A stretch of DNA of 64,000 bases from contig CAXXDN010000002.1 in assembly GCA_963667465.2 (NCBI GenBank), positions 1,504,001-1,568,000 on the forward strand. Direction: 5' to 3'. Positions 28,171-39,849 of this stretch are shown one piece after another; positions within the stretch are counted from its first letter, which is position 1; the number at the start of each line of letters is the position of its first letter. The translations under genes and the position numbers were made by a program. The notes beneath the pieces are model-generated. The model was not told the DNA's origin. It was given only the letters and a program-made list of their open reading frames with translations, and made no database searches. The stretch is from Dehalococcoidia bacterium. Its GTDB lineage: Bacteria; Chloroflexota; Dehalococcoidia; UBA2979.

Positions 28171-28614
28171 CTAGCGGGGAGCGGGCGGGGCTCCCGCGCC
28201 GCGCCGGCGGCGGCGGATGCGGATGCGCGCCTCCGCGCGCAGCAGAGAGATGCGCGCTCGCGCGAGGTCGACCACCTCGTCCGAGGCGACGTGGCCCTCG
28301 AGGCGCTCGCGAGCGCGATCGCGCGCCGCCTCCGCTCGCGCCTCGTCGATCTCGTCGACTCGTTCGGCGGCGTCGGCGAGCACGGTGACCTCGTCGTGCA
28401 AGACCTGGATGAAGCCGCCGTGGACGACGATGTCCTCTTCGCCGTCGCTGCCGACGGCGATCAGTTCGCCGACATCGAGGCTGGCCATCAGCGCGGCGTG
28501 GCTCGGCAGCACGGTGATCTGGCCCTCGGTGGTGGGCACGATCACGCGCTGCACGTCGTCCCGATCGAGGACGGGCTGCTCTGCCGTGACGATTGAGAGC
28601 CTGAGCGGGGCCAA
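28171..28614 (-). CDS. atpC: ATP synthase F1 epsilon
   Basis: LSIVTAE, GQITVLPSHA, HGGFIQV, VLADAAE; TTG start; last gene of atp operon. Confidence 0.95.
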   Translation of the reverse strand: MAPLRLSIVTAEQPVLDRDDVQRVIVPTTEGQITVLPSHAALMASLDVGELIAVGSDGEEDIVVHGGFIQVLHDEVTVLADAAERVDEIDEARAEAARDRARERLEGHVASDEVVDLARARISLLRAEARIRIRRRRRGAGAPPAPR

Positions 28615-28617
28615 GCG

Positions 28618-30093
<1,476 letters not shown>

Positions 30094-30996
30094 TTACGCC
30101 TCGATCGCCGCCGTGCCGCCGACGATGTCGAGCAGCTCGCTGGTGATCAGTTCCTGCCGTGCCTTGTTGTAGGTCAGCGTGAGGTCCGCGACCATGTCGT
30201 TCGCCGCGTCGGTGGCGGCGCGCATCGCGACCATGCGCGCCGACTGCTCGGACGCCGCGGCCTCGAGGATTGCCTCGAAGACCTGCATCTCCACGTAGCG
30301 CGGCAGCAGCGTCTCCAGCAGCGCCTGCGGCGAGGGCTCGAAGATGAAGTCCGCCCCGCCGCCCAGCGACTCACCCATGTCCTCGGGCGGCTCGATCGGC
30401 AGCAGCTGGCGCACGGTCGGACGCTGCACGGCGGTGTTGATGAATTGCTGGAAGCCGACGTAGACCTGATCGATCTCGCCGTTGATGTAGTCCTCGGTTA
30501 CGATCCGCGAGATCGGCAGCGTGTCGCCCATCGTTGGGTAGTCGCCGAGGTCGGTGAACTCCGCGATCTGCGGGAAGCCGGCGCGGCGGAAGAAGTCGCG
30601 CCCCTTGCGCCCGACCGAGATCACCGAGACGCGCTCGACGTGCGGCTGCCGCTCGAGCGCGAGGTTGGCGCCGGCGCGGTTCATGTTTGCGTTGAGGCCG
30701 CCCGCGAGCCCGCGGTTGGCGGTGATGTGGATGAACGCGAAGTGCTTGACGGCGCGCTCGTCCAGCAGCGGGTGCAGCGAGTCCGCGTCGCCGCCGCCTC
30801 GCGCCTCGGGCGAGCCGGCGAGGCGCGCGAGCACGGCGCGCATGCGCTCCGAGTAGGGCCGCGCGGCGAGCGCGCGATCCTGGGCGCGACGCATCTTGGA
30901 GGCCGCGACGAGCTCCATCGCCTTGGTGACCTTGGCGGTGTTCTCGACGGACTTGATCCGCCCGCGGATTGCCCGGACCTGGCCGGCGCCTGGCAT
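30094..30996 (-). CDS. atpG: ATP synthase F1 gamma
   Basis: KVTKAMELVAASK, ARMVAM, YNKARQELITSEL. Confidence 0.97.
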   Translation of the reverse strand: MPGAGQVRAIRGRIKSVENTAKVTKAMELVAASKMRRAQDRALAARPYSERMRAVLARLAGSPEARGGGDADSLHPLLDERAVKHFAFIHITANRGLAGGLNANMNRAGANLALERQPHVERVSVISVGRKGRDFFRRAGFPQIAEFTDLGDYPTMGDTLPISRIVTEDYINGEIDQVYVGFQQFINTAVQRPTVRQLLPIEPPEDMGESLGGGADFIFEPSPQALLETLLPRYVEMQVFEAILEAAASEQSARMVAMRAATDAANDMVADLTLTYNKARQELITSELLDIVGGTAAIEA

Positions 30997-31045
30997 CTAC
31001 CGCTGCTCCCCGTTCCGCGACCCCCGAGGGGCCACTGCGTCTCGC

Positions 31046-32554
31046 CTAGTAGGCAACCGAGCCCTTGAACTGCTCGATCGCTGCCTTCAACTGCTCCTCG
31101 GTGTCGCCCTCGACCTCGCCGGTGCGCTCGATCGCCTCGATCACGCCGGCCGCAGTCGCCTGCAGCTGCTCGTGCAGCGCGCGCTCGAAGTCGGCGACCT
31201 TCTCGACCGGCACGTCGTCGAGGTAGCCCTCCGCGCCGGCGTAGAGGATCGCGACCTGCTGGCCGAGCGAGAGCGGCTCGTACTGCGGCTGCTTAAGCAC
31301 CTCGGTGAGGCGCTGGCCGCGCTCCAGCTGGCGGCGCGTCGCCGGGTCCAGGTCCTCCGTGCCGAACTGGGCGAACGCCTGCAACTCACGGAACTGCGAG
31401 AGATCCAGCCGCAGCGTGCCGGCCACGGAGCGCATCGCGCGCCGTTGCGCGGCGCCGCCGACCCGCGAGACGGAGATACCGGGGTTCACGGCGGGCCGCT
31501 GCCCGGCGTTGAAGAGGTCGTTCTCGAGGAAGATCTGGCCGTCGGTGATCGAGATCACGTTGGTCGGGATGTAGGCGGAGACGTCGCCCGCCTGCGTCTC
31601 GATGATTGGCAGCGCGGTCAGCGAGCCGCCACCGTGCGCCTCGTCGAGGCGCGCCGCGCGCTCCAGCAGCCGCGAGTGCAGGTAGAAGACGTCGCCCGGG
31701 TAGGCCTCGCGGCCGGGCGGGCGCTTCAGCAGCAGCGAGATCTGGCGATAGGCCCAGGCGTGCTTGGTGAGGTCGTCGTAGACGATCAGCACGTCCTTGC
31801 CCTGCTCCATGAAGTACTCGCCCATCGCGCAGCCCGAGTACGGCGCCAGGTACTGCAACGCCGCGGACTCCGCCGCCGAGGCGGAGACAACGATCGTGTG
31901 CTCCATCGCACCGTGTTGCTCGAGCGTGGCGACCGTCTGCGCGACCTTCGAGTCCTTCTGGCCAACCGCGACGTAGATGCAGATCAGGTCGCCGCCGCGC
32001 TGGTTGATGATCGCGTCGATCGCAATCGCACTCTTGCCGATCGAGCGGTCGCCGATGATCAGCTCGCGCTGCCCGCGGCCGATCGGGATCATCGCGTCGA
32101 TCGCCTTGATGCCCGTCTGCACCGGCTCACTCACCGACTCGCGCGCGACCACGTCGGGCGCGACCCGCTCGACGGGGAAGCGCTGACCCGCAGTCACGGG
32201 ACCGCGCTCGTCGATCGGATCACCAAGCGGGTTGACGACGCGGCCGATCAGCTCGTCGCCGACCGGCACGGAGGCGACCAGCCCGGTCGTGCGGACCTCG
32301 TCGCCCTCCTTGATGTCGGTGTAGTCGCCGAGAATGATCGCGCCGACGGTCTCCTCCTCGAGGTTCAGCGCAAGGCCGCGAGTGCCGTTGCTGAACTCGA
32401 CGAGCTCCGAGGCAAGGCACTGGCCAAGACCGTGGATGCGCGCGATACCATCGCTCGCCTCCACGACCGTGCCGACGTTGGCCTCGATGACGTCCGCATC
32501 GAAGTTCTCGATCTGCTCCTTGAGGATCGAAGCGATCTCTTCTGCCCGAACCAT
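31046..32554 (-). CDS. atpA: ATP synthase F1 alpha
   Basis: [34 protein letters not shown]; ATG at 32554. Confidence 0.97.
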   Translation of the reverse strand: MVRAEEIASILKEQIENFDADVIEANVGTVVEASDGIARIHGLGQCLASELVEFSNGTRGLALNLEEETVGAIILGDYTDIKEGDEVRTTGLVASVPVGDELIGRVVNPLGDPIDERGPVTAGQRFPVERVAPDVVARESVSEPVQTGIKAIDAMIPIGRGQRELIIGDRSIGKSAIAIDAIINQRGGDLICIYVAVGQKDSKVAQTVATLEQHGAMEHTIVVSASAAESAALQYLAPYSGCAMGEYFMEQGKDVLIVYDDLTKHAWAYRQISLLLKRPPGREAYPGDVFYLHSRLLERAARLDEAHGGGSLTALPIIETQAGDVSAYIPTNVISITDGQIFLENDLFNAGQRPAVNPGISVSRVGGAAQRRAMRSVAGTLRLDLSQFRELQAFAQFGTEDLDPATRRQLERGQRLTEVLKQPQYEPLSLGQQVAILYAGAEGYLDDVPVEKVADFERALHEQLQATAAGVIEAIERTGEVEGDTEEQLKAAIEQFKGSVAY

Positions 32555-32606
32555 CGCGTCTCCCCCGTGGTCGTGGGCGGGCCGGGCCCGCCGCTCGACC
32601 GTGTTC

Positions 32607-33152
32607 CTACGCCAGTTGCGAGCGCAGCGCGCGCAAGCGCGAGCGCGCCGAACCATCGATCAGCCGGTCGCCGATGCGTACCACGGCGCCGCCGATCAGG
32701 TCCGGATCGACCTCTGCACTGATCTCGATCTGCTGCCCCGTGAGCTCGCCGAGCCGGGTGGCGAACCACTGCCGCCGTTCCTCGTCGATCTCGACGGCGG
32801 TGCGGACCTCGGCACGGGCGACGCCGCGCCGCTCGTCCAGCAGCTCCCGCACGTACGAGGCAATCGAGGGGCCAAGCGCGAGCCGGCCCTTGCGCCGCAG
32901 CAGCCGCAGCAGGTTGAGCTGCAGCTGCCCGATTTCCGGGACGGCACGGCGCGCGACCGACTGGAAGCCCTCGTCCGTCATGCCGTCACCCTGCAGCGCG
33001 GCCACGTAGGCCGGGCGCCCGGTCAGCGCATCGAGGCCGCCAACCGCGTCTTCCCAGGCAGCGGTGCTGTCCGGGTCCGCGGCGACGAACTCCATGATGG
33101 CGAGGGCGTAGCGACGGCCCGCGACGTCTCGTGCGCCTGCTGCCTGGGCCAT
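32607..33152 (-). CDS. atpH: ATP synthase F1 delta
   Basis: [18 protein letters not shown]; operon position. Confidence 0.93.
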   Translation of the reverse strand: MAQAAGARDVAGRRYALAIMEFVAADPDSTAAWEDAVGGLDALTGRPAYVAALQGDGMTDEGFQSVARRAVPEIGQLQLNLLRLLRRKGRLALGPSIASYVRELLDERRGVARAEVRTAVEIDEERRQWFATRLGELTGQQIEISAEVDPDLIGGAVVRIGDRLIDGSARSRLRALRSQLA

Positions 33153-33169
33153 GCCTCGCCCCTCGTTCG

Positions 33170-33802
33170 CTAGTTCTGGTCGCCGAGCTCGCTGTTAACG
33201 AGCACCTCGTCGATCAGCCGTTGGTGCGCCGCGCGGTCAAGCGACTGGCGCATGACCCGCTCGGCGGCGGTGATCGTGAGGTCGGCGAACTCGCGCCTCA
33301 GTTGTTCGATCGCCTGATCGCGTTCGACGCGCACTTCCTCGCGCGCTCGCTCGACGATCTGTTCGGCGTCGGCGCGGGCGCGTTCCTCGAGCTGGGTGCG
33401 CAGTTGCGCGGCGCTCTGCTGCGCCTGCGCAACCAGCTCCCGCGCCTCGCTCTGCGCCTGCTCGATCGCCGCCCGCGATTCCTGCTCGCTGGCCGACGCC
33501 TGCGAGGCCGCCTGGGCGGCTTGATCGAGGCCTTCCTGGATGCGCCGCTTGCGCTCGTCCAGCAGCCTCAGCACCGGCTTGTAGAGGAAGAGCCGGAGCA
33601 CGATCAGCAGGATCGTGAAGTTGATCAGGTTGGAGACGAGCGCGGGCAGGCTGAAGCCCAGGGCGGCAATGCCCGCTGGCCCCTCCTCCGCGGCGAAGGC
33701 CGTGGCGGGCGCCGCCGCAAGCAGCACGCCCGCGGCCACGGCGCCCAGCCGCAGGCCGCGCCGCCGCGCGCTCCCCATCCGGCTGCGTACTCGGTGGATC
33801 AT
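33170..33802 (-). CDS. atpF: ATP synthase Fo subunit b with N-terminal signal-like extension
   Basis: LINFTILLIVLRLFLYKPV..LDERK then coiled coil; start uncertain (33802 or nearby). Confidence 0.92.
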   Translation of the reverse strand: MIHRVRSRMGSARRRGLRLGAVAAGVLLAAAPATAFAAEEGPAGIAALGFSLPALVSNLINFTILLIVLRLFLYKPVLRLLDERKRRIQEGLDQAAQAASQASASEQESRAAIEQAQSEARELVAQAQQSAAQLRTQLEERARADAEQIVERAREEVRVERDQAIEQLRREFADLTITAAERVMRQSLDRAAHQRLIDEVLVNSELGDQN

Positions 33803-33849
33803 GCTCGCCCCGCTCGCTGCGGCTCGCCTCGAAGACGAAGCCAACTCGT

Positions 33850-34218
<369 letters not shown>

Positions 34219-35280
34219 TTACTCCCTTACCAGGACTCCGCGTCCTACCTGCTCCGGCCCTGCAGGCCCGAGCTGCTGCTCCGATCTTCCCTCATGCGCG
34301 CCCTCGTGCTCCTCGTGCTCGTCGCCGTGATGGCTGACGGCAGTCTGGGCGAAGACGAGCGTGAGCATTGCGAACACAAATGCCTGGATCAGTCCGACGA
34401 ACAGCTCCAGGCCGTAGAAGACGTTAATCAGCACCAGCGGCACCAGGAAGCTCATCATCAGCAACAGTACCTCGCCGGCGAAAATGTTGCCGAACAGACG
34501 GAAGGTGAACGAGACGATCCGGATCAGCTCCGAGATCAGCTCCAGCAAGCCGACGAAGACGTCGATGATCCCCATCGGTTTGCCTCGCAGCAGGGGGCCG
34601 AAGGCGAAGAACTTCTTGAGGTACCCGAGTCCGAGCGCGGAGAGCCCCCAGTACTCGACGAAGATGAACGACATCAGCGCCAGCGCGAGCGGCGCGTTGA
34701 CATCCGTCATCACCGAGCGGAACAGCGGCGCGAGCAGGCCGGAGAAGGCGCCACCCTCCTCGTGCGGCTCCAGCGCAGCCGCCTCCGAGGTGTCGACGGT
34801 GTCCGCCTGCAGCGGGATGTAGGCGAGGTCGACGCCGGCGATGCTGGTCTGCTCGAAGACGGCCTGGATCTCGCCGTGGTCGGGTTCGGTGACGCCGACC
34901 GCGAAGTTGATGGGCAGCAGGCCGACGTAGTTGGAGACCAGCACGTAGAAGAAGATCGTCGCGACCACCGGGAAGAAGCGCCGCGCGTTGGCCTCGCCGA
35001 CGACGTTCTCGATGAAGCCGTAGAAGCCGCCGACGAACGCCTCGATCGCCCCGCTCAGCCCGGAGGGCACGAGGGTCATGGAGCGGCTGGCGTACACGGC
35101 GGTGACGATCAGCAGGGCGACGACCACCCAGGAGGTGAACATCGTGTTGGTGACCTCGAGCGAGCCGATGTCGAAGACGTGTTCGGGGGCAAGAATGATC
35201 GCCGGGGTGGGCGGCTTGATCAGGAAGAAGCCGCCGACGATCAGGACCACCACGACGATGGCGACGAGCCAGCCCCGCAT
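34219..35280 (-). CDS. atpB: ATP synthase Fo subunit a
   Basis: SFTFRLFGNIFAGE, ELFVGLIQAFVF. Confidence 0.96.
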   Translation of the reverse strand: MRGWLVAIVVVVLIVGGFFLIKPPTPAIILAPEHVFDIGSLEVTNTMFTSWVVVALLIVTAVYASRSMTLVPSGLSGAIEAFVGGFYGFIENVVGEANARRFFPVVATIFFYVLVSNYVGLLPINFAVGVTEPDHGEIQAVFEQTSIAGVDLAYIPLQADTVDTSEAAALEPHEEGGAFSGLLAPLFRSVMTDVNAPLALALMSFIFVEYWGLSALGLGYLKKFFAFGPLLRGKPMGIIDVFVGLLELISELIRIVSFTFRLFGNIFAGEVLLLMMSFLVPLVLINVFYGLELFVGLIQAFVFAMLTLVFAQTAVSHHGDEHEEHEGAHEGRSEQQLGPAGPEQVGRGVLVRE

Positions 35281-35553
35281 CTAGCGACCCTTCCGCCCGT
35301 CCGCCTCGGCGGCGCTGTCCAGCAGCCGCCGCAACTGACGATAGGCACCGAGAAATCCCGCCAACAGGCCCAGCACCAGGAACAGGAGCGTCAGCAGCGG
35401 ATCCGTTCCGAAGTGACGATCGAGCAGACTCCCGATGATGGCCATTCCGGCAATCGACACCGCCAGATACGAGCCGATGCCGACCAGTCCGAGGGCGGGC
35501 GACCTCCAGACGGATACACCCCGTCCGGGCCGTGGCCGTCGGGAGCCTAGCAC
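35281..35553 (-). CDS. AtpZ/AtpI family protein
   Basis: GSLLDRHFGTDPLLTLLFLVLG; first gene of atp operon. Confidence 0.85.
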   Translation of the reverse strand: MLGSRRPRPGRGVSVWRSPALGLVGIGSYLAVSIAGMAIIGSLLDRHFGTDPLLTLLFLVLGLLAGFLGAYRQLRRLLDSAAEADGRKGR

Positions 35554-35577
35554 GGGCCGATCACGTGATCAAACCGA

Positions 35578-35595
35578 TTGTGAGAAGTGGCACGA
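35578..35595. promoter_or_regulatory. Putative Rex operator upstream of the atp operon
   Basis: TTGTGAGAAGTGGCACGA versus consensus TTGTGAANNNNTTCACAA (10 of 14 informative positions). Confidence 0.5.
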
Positions 35596-35620
35596 ATGAA
35601 CTTCGGACGCCGTCACGGTC

Positions 35621-36160
35621 TCACTCGTCCCTGGTCTCGCCTTCGCCAAGGTCGTCGAGATCGAGCTCCCCGATGAACTCGCTGAAGGCGGAGAGTTTCT
35701 CCAGCTCCTCCTCCGTCACGGAGGAGGCCCGGCTGTCGCCGACCACCACCTCGCCCTCGGCGCTGAGCAGCACCCCGGCGCGGTCCAGCACGGACTCCTC
35801 GGCGTAGATCGGCGCCTCGGCGCGCACGGCCAGCGCGATCGCGTCCGAGGGGCGCGAGTCGATCTCTACCGTGCCTCCCGGATGCTCGACGGTGATGCGG
35901 GCGTAGAAGGTGTCGTTCTCGAGGTCGTTGACGACGACGTGCTTCACGGCGCCGCCGAATTCGCCGATCACGTTGCTGAGCAGATCATGGGTCAGGGGGC
36001 GTGCGACGGAGTGGTTTTGCAGTCGCACCGCGATCGCGTCCGCCTCGGCGGCGCCGATCCAGATCGGCAGGTAGCGGTCCGATCCCTTCTCGCGCAGGAT
36101 CACGACCCGCTGGTAGTTGCGGAGACTGACGCGAATGCTCTCGATGGTCATCTCGATCAT
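35621..36160 (-). CDS. Bifunctional nuclease family protein (DUF151)
   Basis: LPIWIG, RPLTHDLL, IDSRPSDAIALA. Confidence 0.92.
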   Translation of the reverse strand: MIEMTIESIRVSLRNYQRVVILREKGSDRYLPIWIGAAEADAIAVRLQNHSVARPLTHDLLSNVIGEFGGAVKHVVVNDLENDTFYARITVEHPGGTVEIDSRPSDAIALAVRAEAPIYAEESVLDRAGVLLSAEGEVVVGDSRASSVTEEELEKLSAFSEFIGELDLDDLGEGETRDE

Positions 36161-36243
36161 GACGCGATGCCCCACGTCCCCGCGATCGAATCGAGTCTAG
36201 GTACGGCCTCCGCGAGGCGTCAACGAAACGCCCCGCGAGGCGG

Positions 36244-36507
36244 TCAGTCTACTCCGGCAGCGCCCGGAGGGGGTGATCCGCGACCCTCGAGCGCGGCTTC
36301 GATCGCCGGATCGAGCGCCGGACCGCGCTCCAGCAGCTCCTTCGCGCGGCGGCGCAGCGTCGGGCGGTCCATCAGCACACGCCGCCCGCACTCGCGGCAG
36401 CACAGCCCGATGTCCGCGCCGACGCGCACGACATCCCAGTCGAAACCGCCGCAGGGATGCTTGCGCCGCAGCCGCAGCACGTCGCCGACGCGCAGATCGA
36501 GGGCCAT
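36244..36507 (-). CDS. DUF951 family protein
   Basis: GDVLRLRRKHPCGG..W..VRVGADIGL.C..CGR. Confidence 0.88.
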   Translation of the reverse strand: MALDLRVGDVLRLRRKHPCGGFDWDVVRVGADIGLCCRECGRRVLMDRPTLRRRAKELLERGPALDPAIEAALEGRGSPPPGAAGVD

Positions 36508-36513
36508 CGCCGC

Positions 36514-37356
36514 TCAGTCCGCTTGCCCTGCGTGGCCGGCGTTGTGGCCCGCCGTCCGTACCGTCTCGCGGATCGCGTCTCGCAGGTGCTGCGCCGCAGC
36601 GCGCGAGGCCGCGGCGCCGCCCGCCTCGGGGTAGAGCACGCTGCGCGAGGCGTTGACGATGATCCCGCCGCCACGCGCGTCGAGCGCGGCGTGCACGGCG
36701 GCCTCCAGCTCTCCGGCCTGCGCCCCGACGCCGGGCATCAGGAACAGCAGCTCCGGACACAGCTCGCGGATCGCGCGCGCCTCCTCCGGGTACGTCGCGC
36801 CGACGACCAGTCCGACGTTGCCGCGCGTGTTCCACTCGTTCGCGCGCGCCGCCACCTCCAGGTAGAGCGGCCGGCCTCCGCCGACCGCTCGGTCCTGCAG
36901 CTCGCCGGCCCCGGCGTTCGAGGTGCGGCAGAGCACGAACGCATGGCGATCCTCGTAGGCCAGGAACGGCTCGACCGCGTCCCCGCCGAGGTAGGAGTTG
37001 ACCGTCACGGCGTCGGCGCCCAGCACCTCGAAGACGGCGCGCGCGTAGAACTCTGCCGAGTGGCCGACATCGCCGCGCTTCGCGTCGAGCAGCACCGGGA
37101 TCTCATTCGGGATGCCCTCGATCAGCTGCAGCAGGGCCTCCATGCCGACCGAGCCGCGCGCCTCGAAGAAGGCAGCGTTGGGCTTATAGCAGCACACCAG
37201 ATCCGAGGTCGCCTCGATCACCTCGCGCAGCCAGGCGTCGATGTCAGCGCCCGGGGCGAGGCGCGAGGGGTCGGGATCGAGGCCGACGCAGAGCAGCGAG
37301 TCGTTCGCCGCGGCGGCGGCCTCGTACTTCTCGCGGAAGCTCGCCCGCGCGCTCAT
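36514..37356 (-). CDS. pyrF: Orotidine-5'-phosphate decarboxylase
   Basis: LCVGLDP, YKPNAAFFE, LDAKRGDVG, VVGAT, PGVGAQ, NASR. Confidence 0.95.
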   Translation of the reverse strand: MSARASFREKYEAAAAANDSLLCVGLDPDPSRLAPGADIDAWLREVIEATSDLVCCYKPNAAFFEARGSVGMEALLQLIEGIPNEIPVLLDAKRGDVGHSAEFYARAVFEVLGADAVTVNSYLGGDAVEPFLAYEDRHAFVLCRTSNAGAGELQDRAVGGGRPLYLEVAARANEWNTRGNVGLVVGATYPEEARAIRELCPELLFLMPGVGAQAGELEAAVHAALDARGGGIIVNASRSVLYPEAGGAAASRAAAQHLRDAIRETVRTAGHNAGHAGQAD

Positions 37357-38165
37357 GCCGCCACCCCCCGGGAGACTCGCAGCGGCGGCAGCGTAACGCC
37401 CGAGGCGCGCAGCCGCTCGACGGCCGCCTCGAAGGCGCTCGGGTCTCCGCTGACGGCGCACGGCACGGTCCCGTCGCCGTCCTGGGCAATCGTGATCGCG
37501 TGCTCCTCGAGCTGCTGCAGCACGCGCCGCGCGACCGGCTCCGCCGTGTCGATCAGCTCGACGCCCTCGCCGAGCAGCGCGCGCAGCGCCGGCCGCACGA
37601 AGCCGTAGTGCGTGCAGCCGAGCGCGACCTCGTCGACGCCCTCCGAGGGCAGCCCGGCGAGCGCATCACCGAGCAGCGCCTCGACGCGCGGCCCGGAGAC
37701 CTCGCCGCCTTCAACGAGGTCAGCGAGGCCGGGCATCGGGATCGTGAGCACGTGGCTGTCCCCGGCGTAGCTGTGGTGCAGGCGCGCCAGGCGCGCGCCC
37801 TCGGCCGTGGCGGGCGTGACGAGCAGCGCGACGCGGCCGCTGCGGCTGCGCTCGACGGCCGGCTTGAGCGGCGGCTCCATGCCTACCAGCGGCACGCCGA
37901 ACCGCTCCCGCAACGCCTCGAGCGCCGCCGAGGAGGCGGTGTTGCAGGCGACCACCAGCAGCCGCGCTCCGGCCTCGATCAGCTCACCACCGATCGCGAG
38001 GGAGCGCTCGGCGATCTCCCCAGGCGGACGTTCGCCGTAGGGGAAGCACGCCGTGTCGGCGACGTAGCGCAACGACAGGCCGGGACGGAGCTGGTGGATG
38101 GCGGCGACGACGGAGAGCCCGCCGACACCCGAGTCGAAGATTCCGACCGATGCGGGGGCGCTCAC
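37353..38165 (-). CDS. murI: Glutamate racemase
   Basis: GIFDSGVGGLSV, PYG, VACNTAS, LGCTHY; probable GTG start 38165. Confidence 0.93.
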   Translation of the reverse strand: MSAPASVGIFDSGVGGLSVVAAIHQLRPGLSLRYVADTACFPYGERPPGEIAERSLAIGGELIEAGARLLVVACNTASSAALEALRERFGVPLVGMEPPLKPAVERSRSGRVALLVTPATAEGARLARLHHSYAGDSHVLTIPMPGLADLVEGGEVSGPRVEALLGDALAGLPSEGVDEVALGCTHYGFVRPALRALLGEGVELIDTAEPVARRVLQQLEEHAITIAQDGDGTVPCAVSGDPSAFEAAVERLRASGVTLPPLRVSRGVAA

Positions 38166-38268
38166 GGGAGCGCTGGAGGGATGATCGGCAAGGCGGCCTA
38201 CCACCCATCGAGAGTAGGCGGCGGCGGCGTGCGCAGGCAAGCGCGGCGGCCCGGGGTAGGCGGCTCCG

Positions 38269-39849
38269 CTACGACTCACCCTCCTCGCTGTCCTCCGCGT
38301 CTTCGGGCAGCGGGTTCGCCAGCTCCCAGGCCGCGAACTCGCGCTCGAGGTCGTCGAGGCGGCCGGGCAGGGGCTCGTGGCGCCCGTAGCGGAGGCCGTC
38401 GAACGCATCGGCGATGCGGGCGAAGAGCGGCGTGTCGAGGCGCTGGCCGGCGACGATGCCGAACTCCAGCGCCGTCTGCCCGGGCCGGCGCTCGACGCCG
38501 CGCAGCCGCGAGGCAACGAGCATTCGGCCGAAGAGCCGGTAGGCGCGGTTGAGCGCCAGCCAGCGCGAGTCGGCCGCCTGCCTGCGATGTGTACCCGGGA
38601 TCAGCGAGCGCAACATCGAGCCAAGGCCGCCGCCGCCCTGGTCCTCTTCGCGAAGCTCGGCGTACTGCTCGGTTGTCTCGCGCTGGGAGCGCGAGAACAG
38701 CCAGCGCGACACGCGGTAGGCGACCCAGAGGGCGCCGGCGACGGCGAAGGCGCGTGCGGCGTCACCGATCCAGCCGGGAATCCTGACGCGCGCCTCACGC
38801 TCCTCGTCTGGTTCCAGCGGCCCGTCCGCCACCTCGATGCGCACCTCCTGGAACTCGAAGTCGCTGGCGAACTGCCCGATCAACCACTCGACCACCCAGA
38901 AGATGGGCGTGACGATGATGATCAGCACCCACGCGAGCACCGCGACCAGGCCTCGGCCGATCGGCTCCAGCAAGCGCTGCGCGTCGAACAGTGCGAGCAG
39001 GATGAAGAGCGCCATCACCGCGCTGAGCGCGGCGACGGTGCCGAGCACCGAGAACACCCACGGCGCATCGCGGCGCGCGGCGGTTGGGTCCTCCGGCGCG
39101 CGAGCGGCGTGTGCGGTCGCGAGCGAGAGTGCGCCGAGCAGGAAGTAGGGCAGCACGAGCCAGCCCGCCACGTCCGCGTCCGAGACGGCCGCGATGAAGG
39201 CGACGGCGACCGCGACCGCGAACCCCACCCCGAAGCTGCGCAGGCTGCGCTCGAAGTTGACGGGACTGCGTCCCGCAAAGAGAAAGCGCAGCCAGATCAG
39301 GACGAGGCCGCCGACCGTCACCGCCCTCGAGGCGCCGAGCACGCGATCGGGGTCCGGGTCGGCCACGAACGCCTGAGGGTCGATCGCGCCGCTGAACGTG
39401 CTCCCGCCCTGGCCTCGCAAGTCCGCGAGGATCCCGTCATTCCAGGGCGCCGCGCCCCACAGTGGCGCATCGGCGAGCGCGAGTTGCAGCACCACACTGA
39501 GCGCGACGATAGAGACGAGCAGCCCGGCTGCGGCGCGCGAGGAGACCGGCAGCTTGCTCCGCCCGAGCACGCGCATCAGCGTGTACCCGCCGACCGCGAC
39601 CAGCACGATCAACGGCAGCGCGGGTCCCCCGATCGCACTCTCACCCGCCTGCTCCGCGATCTGGCGCGCGGCCTCCGCACGGTCGGGCTCCAGGAAGTCG
39701 CCTTTGCCGATACCGGACCGGATCTCGCGGGCCAGGTCGCGGAAGGCGTCGCGCTCCAGCCCCGTTGCGAAGGAACGCAGCACGACGAACCAGAGCAGCG
39801 CCTCTGCCGCCAGGAAGAAGAACGCCGCGAGCGGCGCGCGCCAGCTCAT
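38269..39849 (-). CDS. DUF4129-domain polytopic membrane protein
   Basis: Multiple TM helices; C-terminal RGVERRPGQTALEF...RYG; ATGA overlap with DUF58 gene. Confidence 0.75.
   Translation of the reverse strand: MSWRAPLAAFFFLAAEALLWFVVLRSFATGLERDAFRDLAREIRSGIGKGDFLEPDRAEAARQIAEQAGESAIGGPALPLIVLVAVGGYTLMRVLGRSKLPVSSRAAAGLLVSIVALSVVLQLALADAPLWGAAPWNDGILADLRGQGGSTFSGAIDPQAFVADPDPDRVLGASRAVTVGGLVLIWLRFLFAGRSPVNFERSLRSFGVGFAVAVAVAFIAAVSDADVAGWLVLPYFLLGALSLATAHAARAPEDPTAARRDAPWVFSVLGTVAALSAVMALFILLALFDAQRLLEPIGRGLVAVLAWVLIIIVTPIFWVVEWLIGQFASDFEFQEVRIEVADGPLEPDEEREARVRIPGWIGDAARAFAVAGALWVAYRVSRWLFSRSQRETTEQYAELREEDQGGGGLGSMLRSLIPGTHRRQAADSRWLALNRAYRLFGRMLVASRLRGVERRPGQTALEFGIVAGQRLDTPLFARIADAFDGLRYGRHEPLPGRLDDLEREFAAWELANPLPEDAEDSEEGES

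Noticed and set aside
28147-28176. CATGAAC...GGTCCGGAGGGA resembling the SRP RNA S domain
   Set aside because: Lacks the conserved CAGG/AGCA internal loop and a supporting long stem, and overlaps the atpC stop
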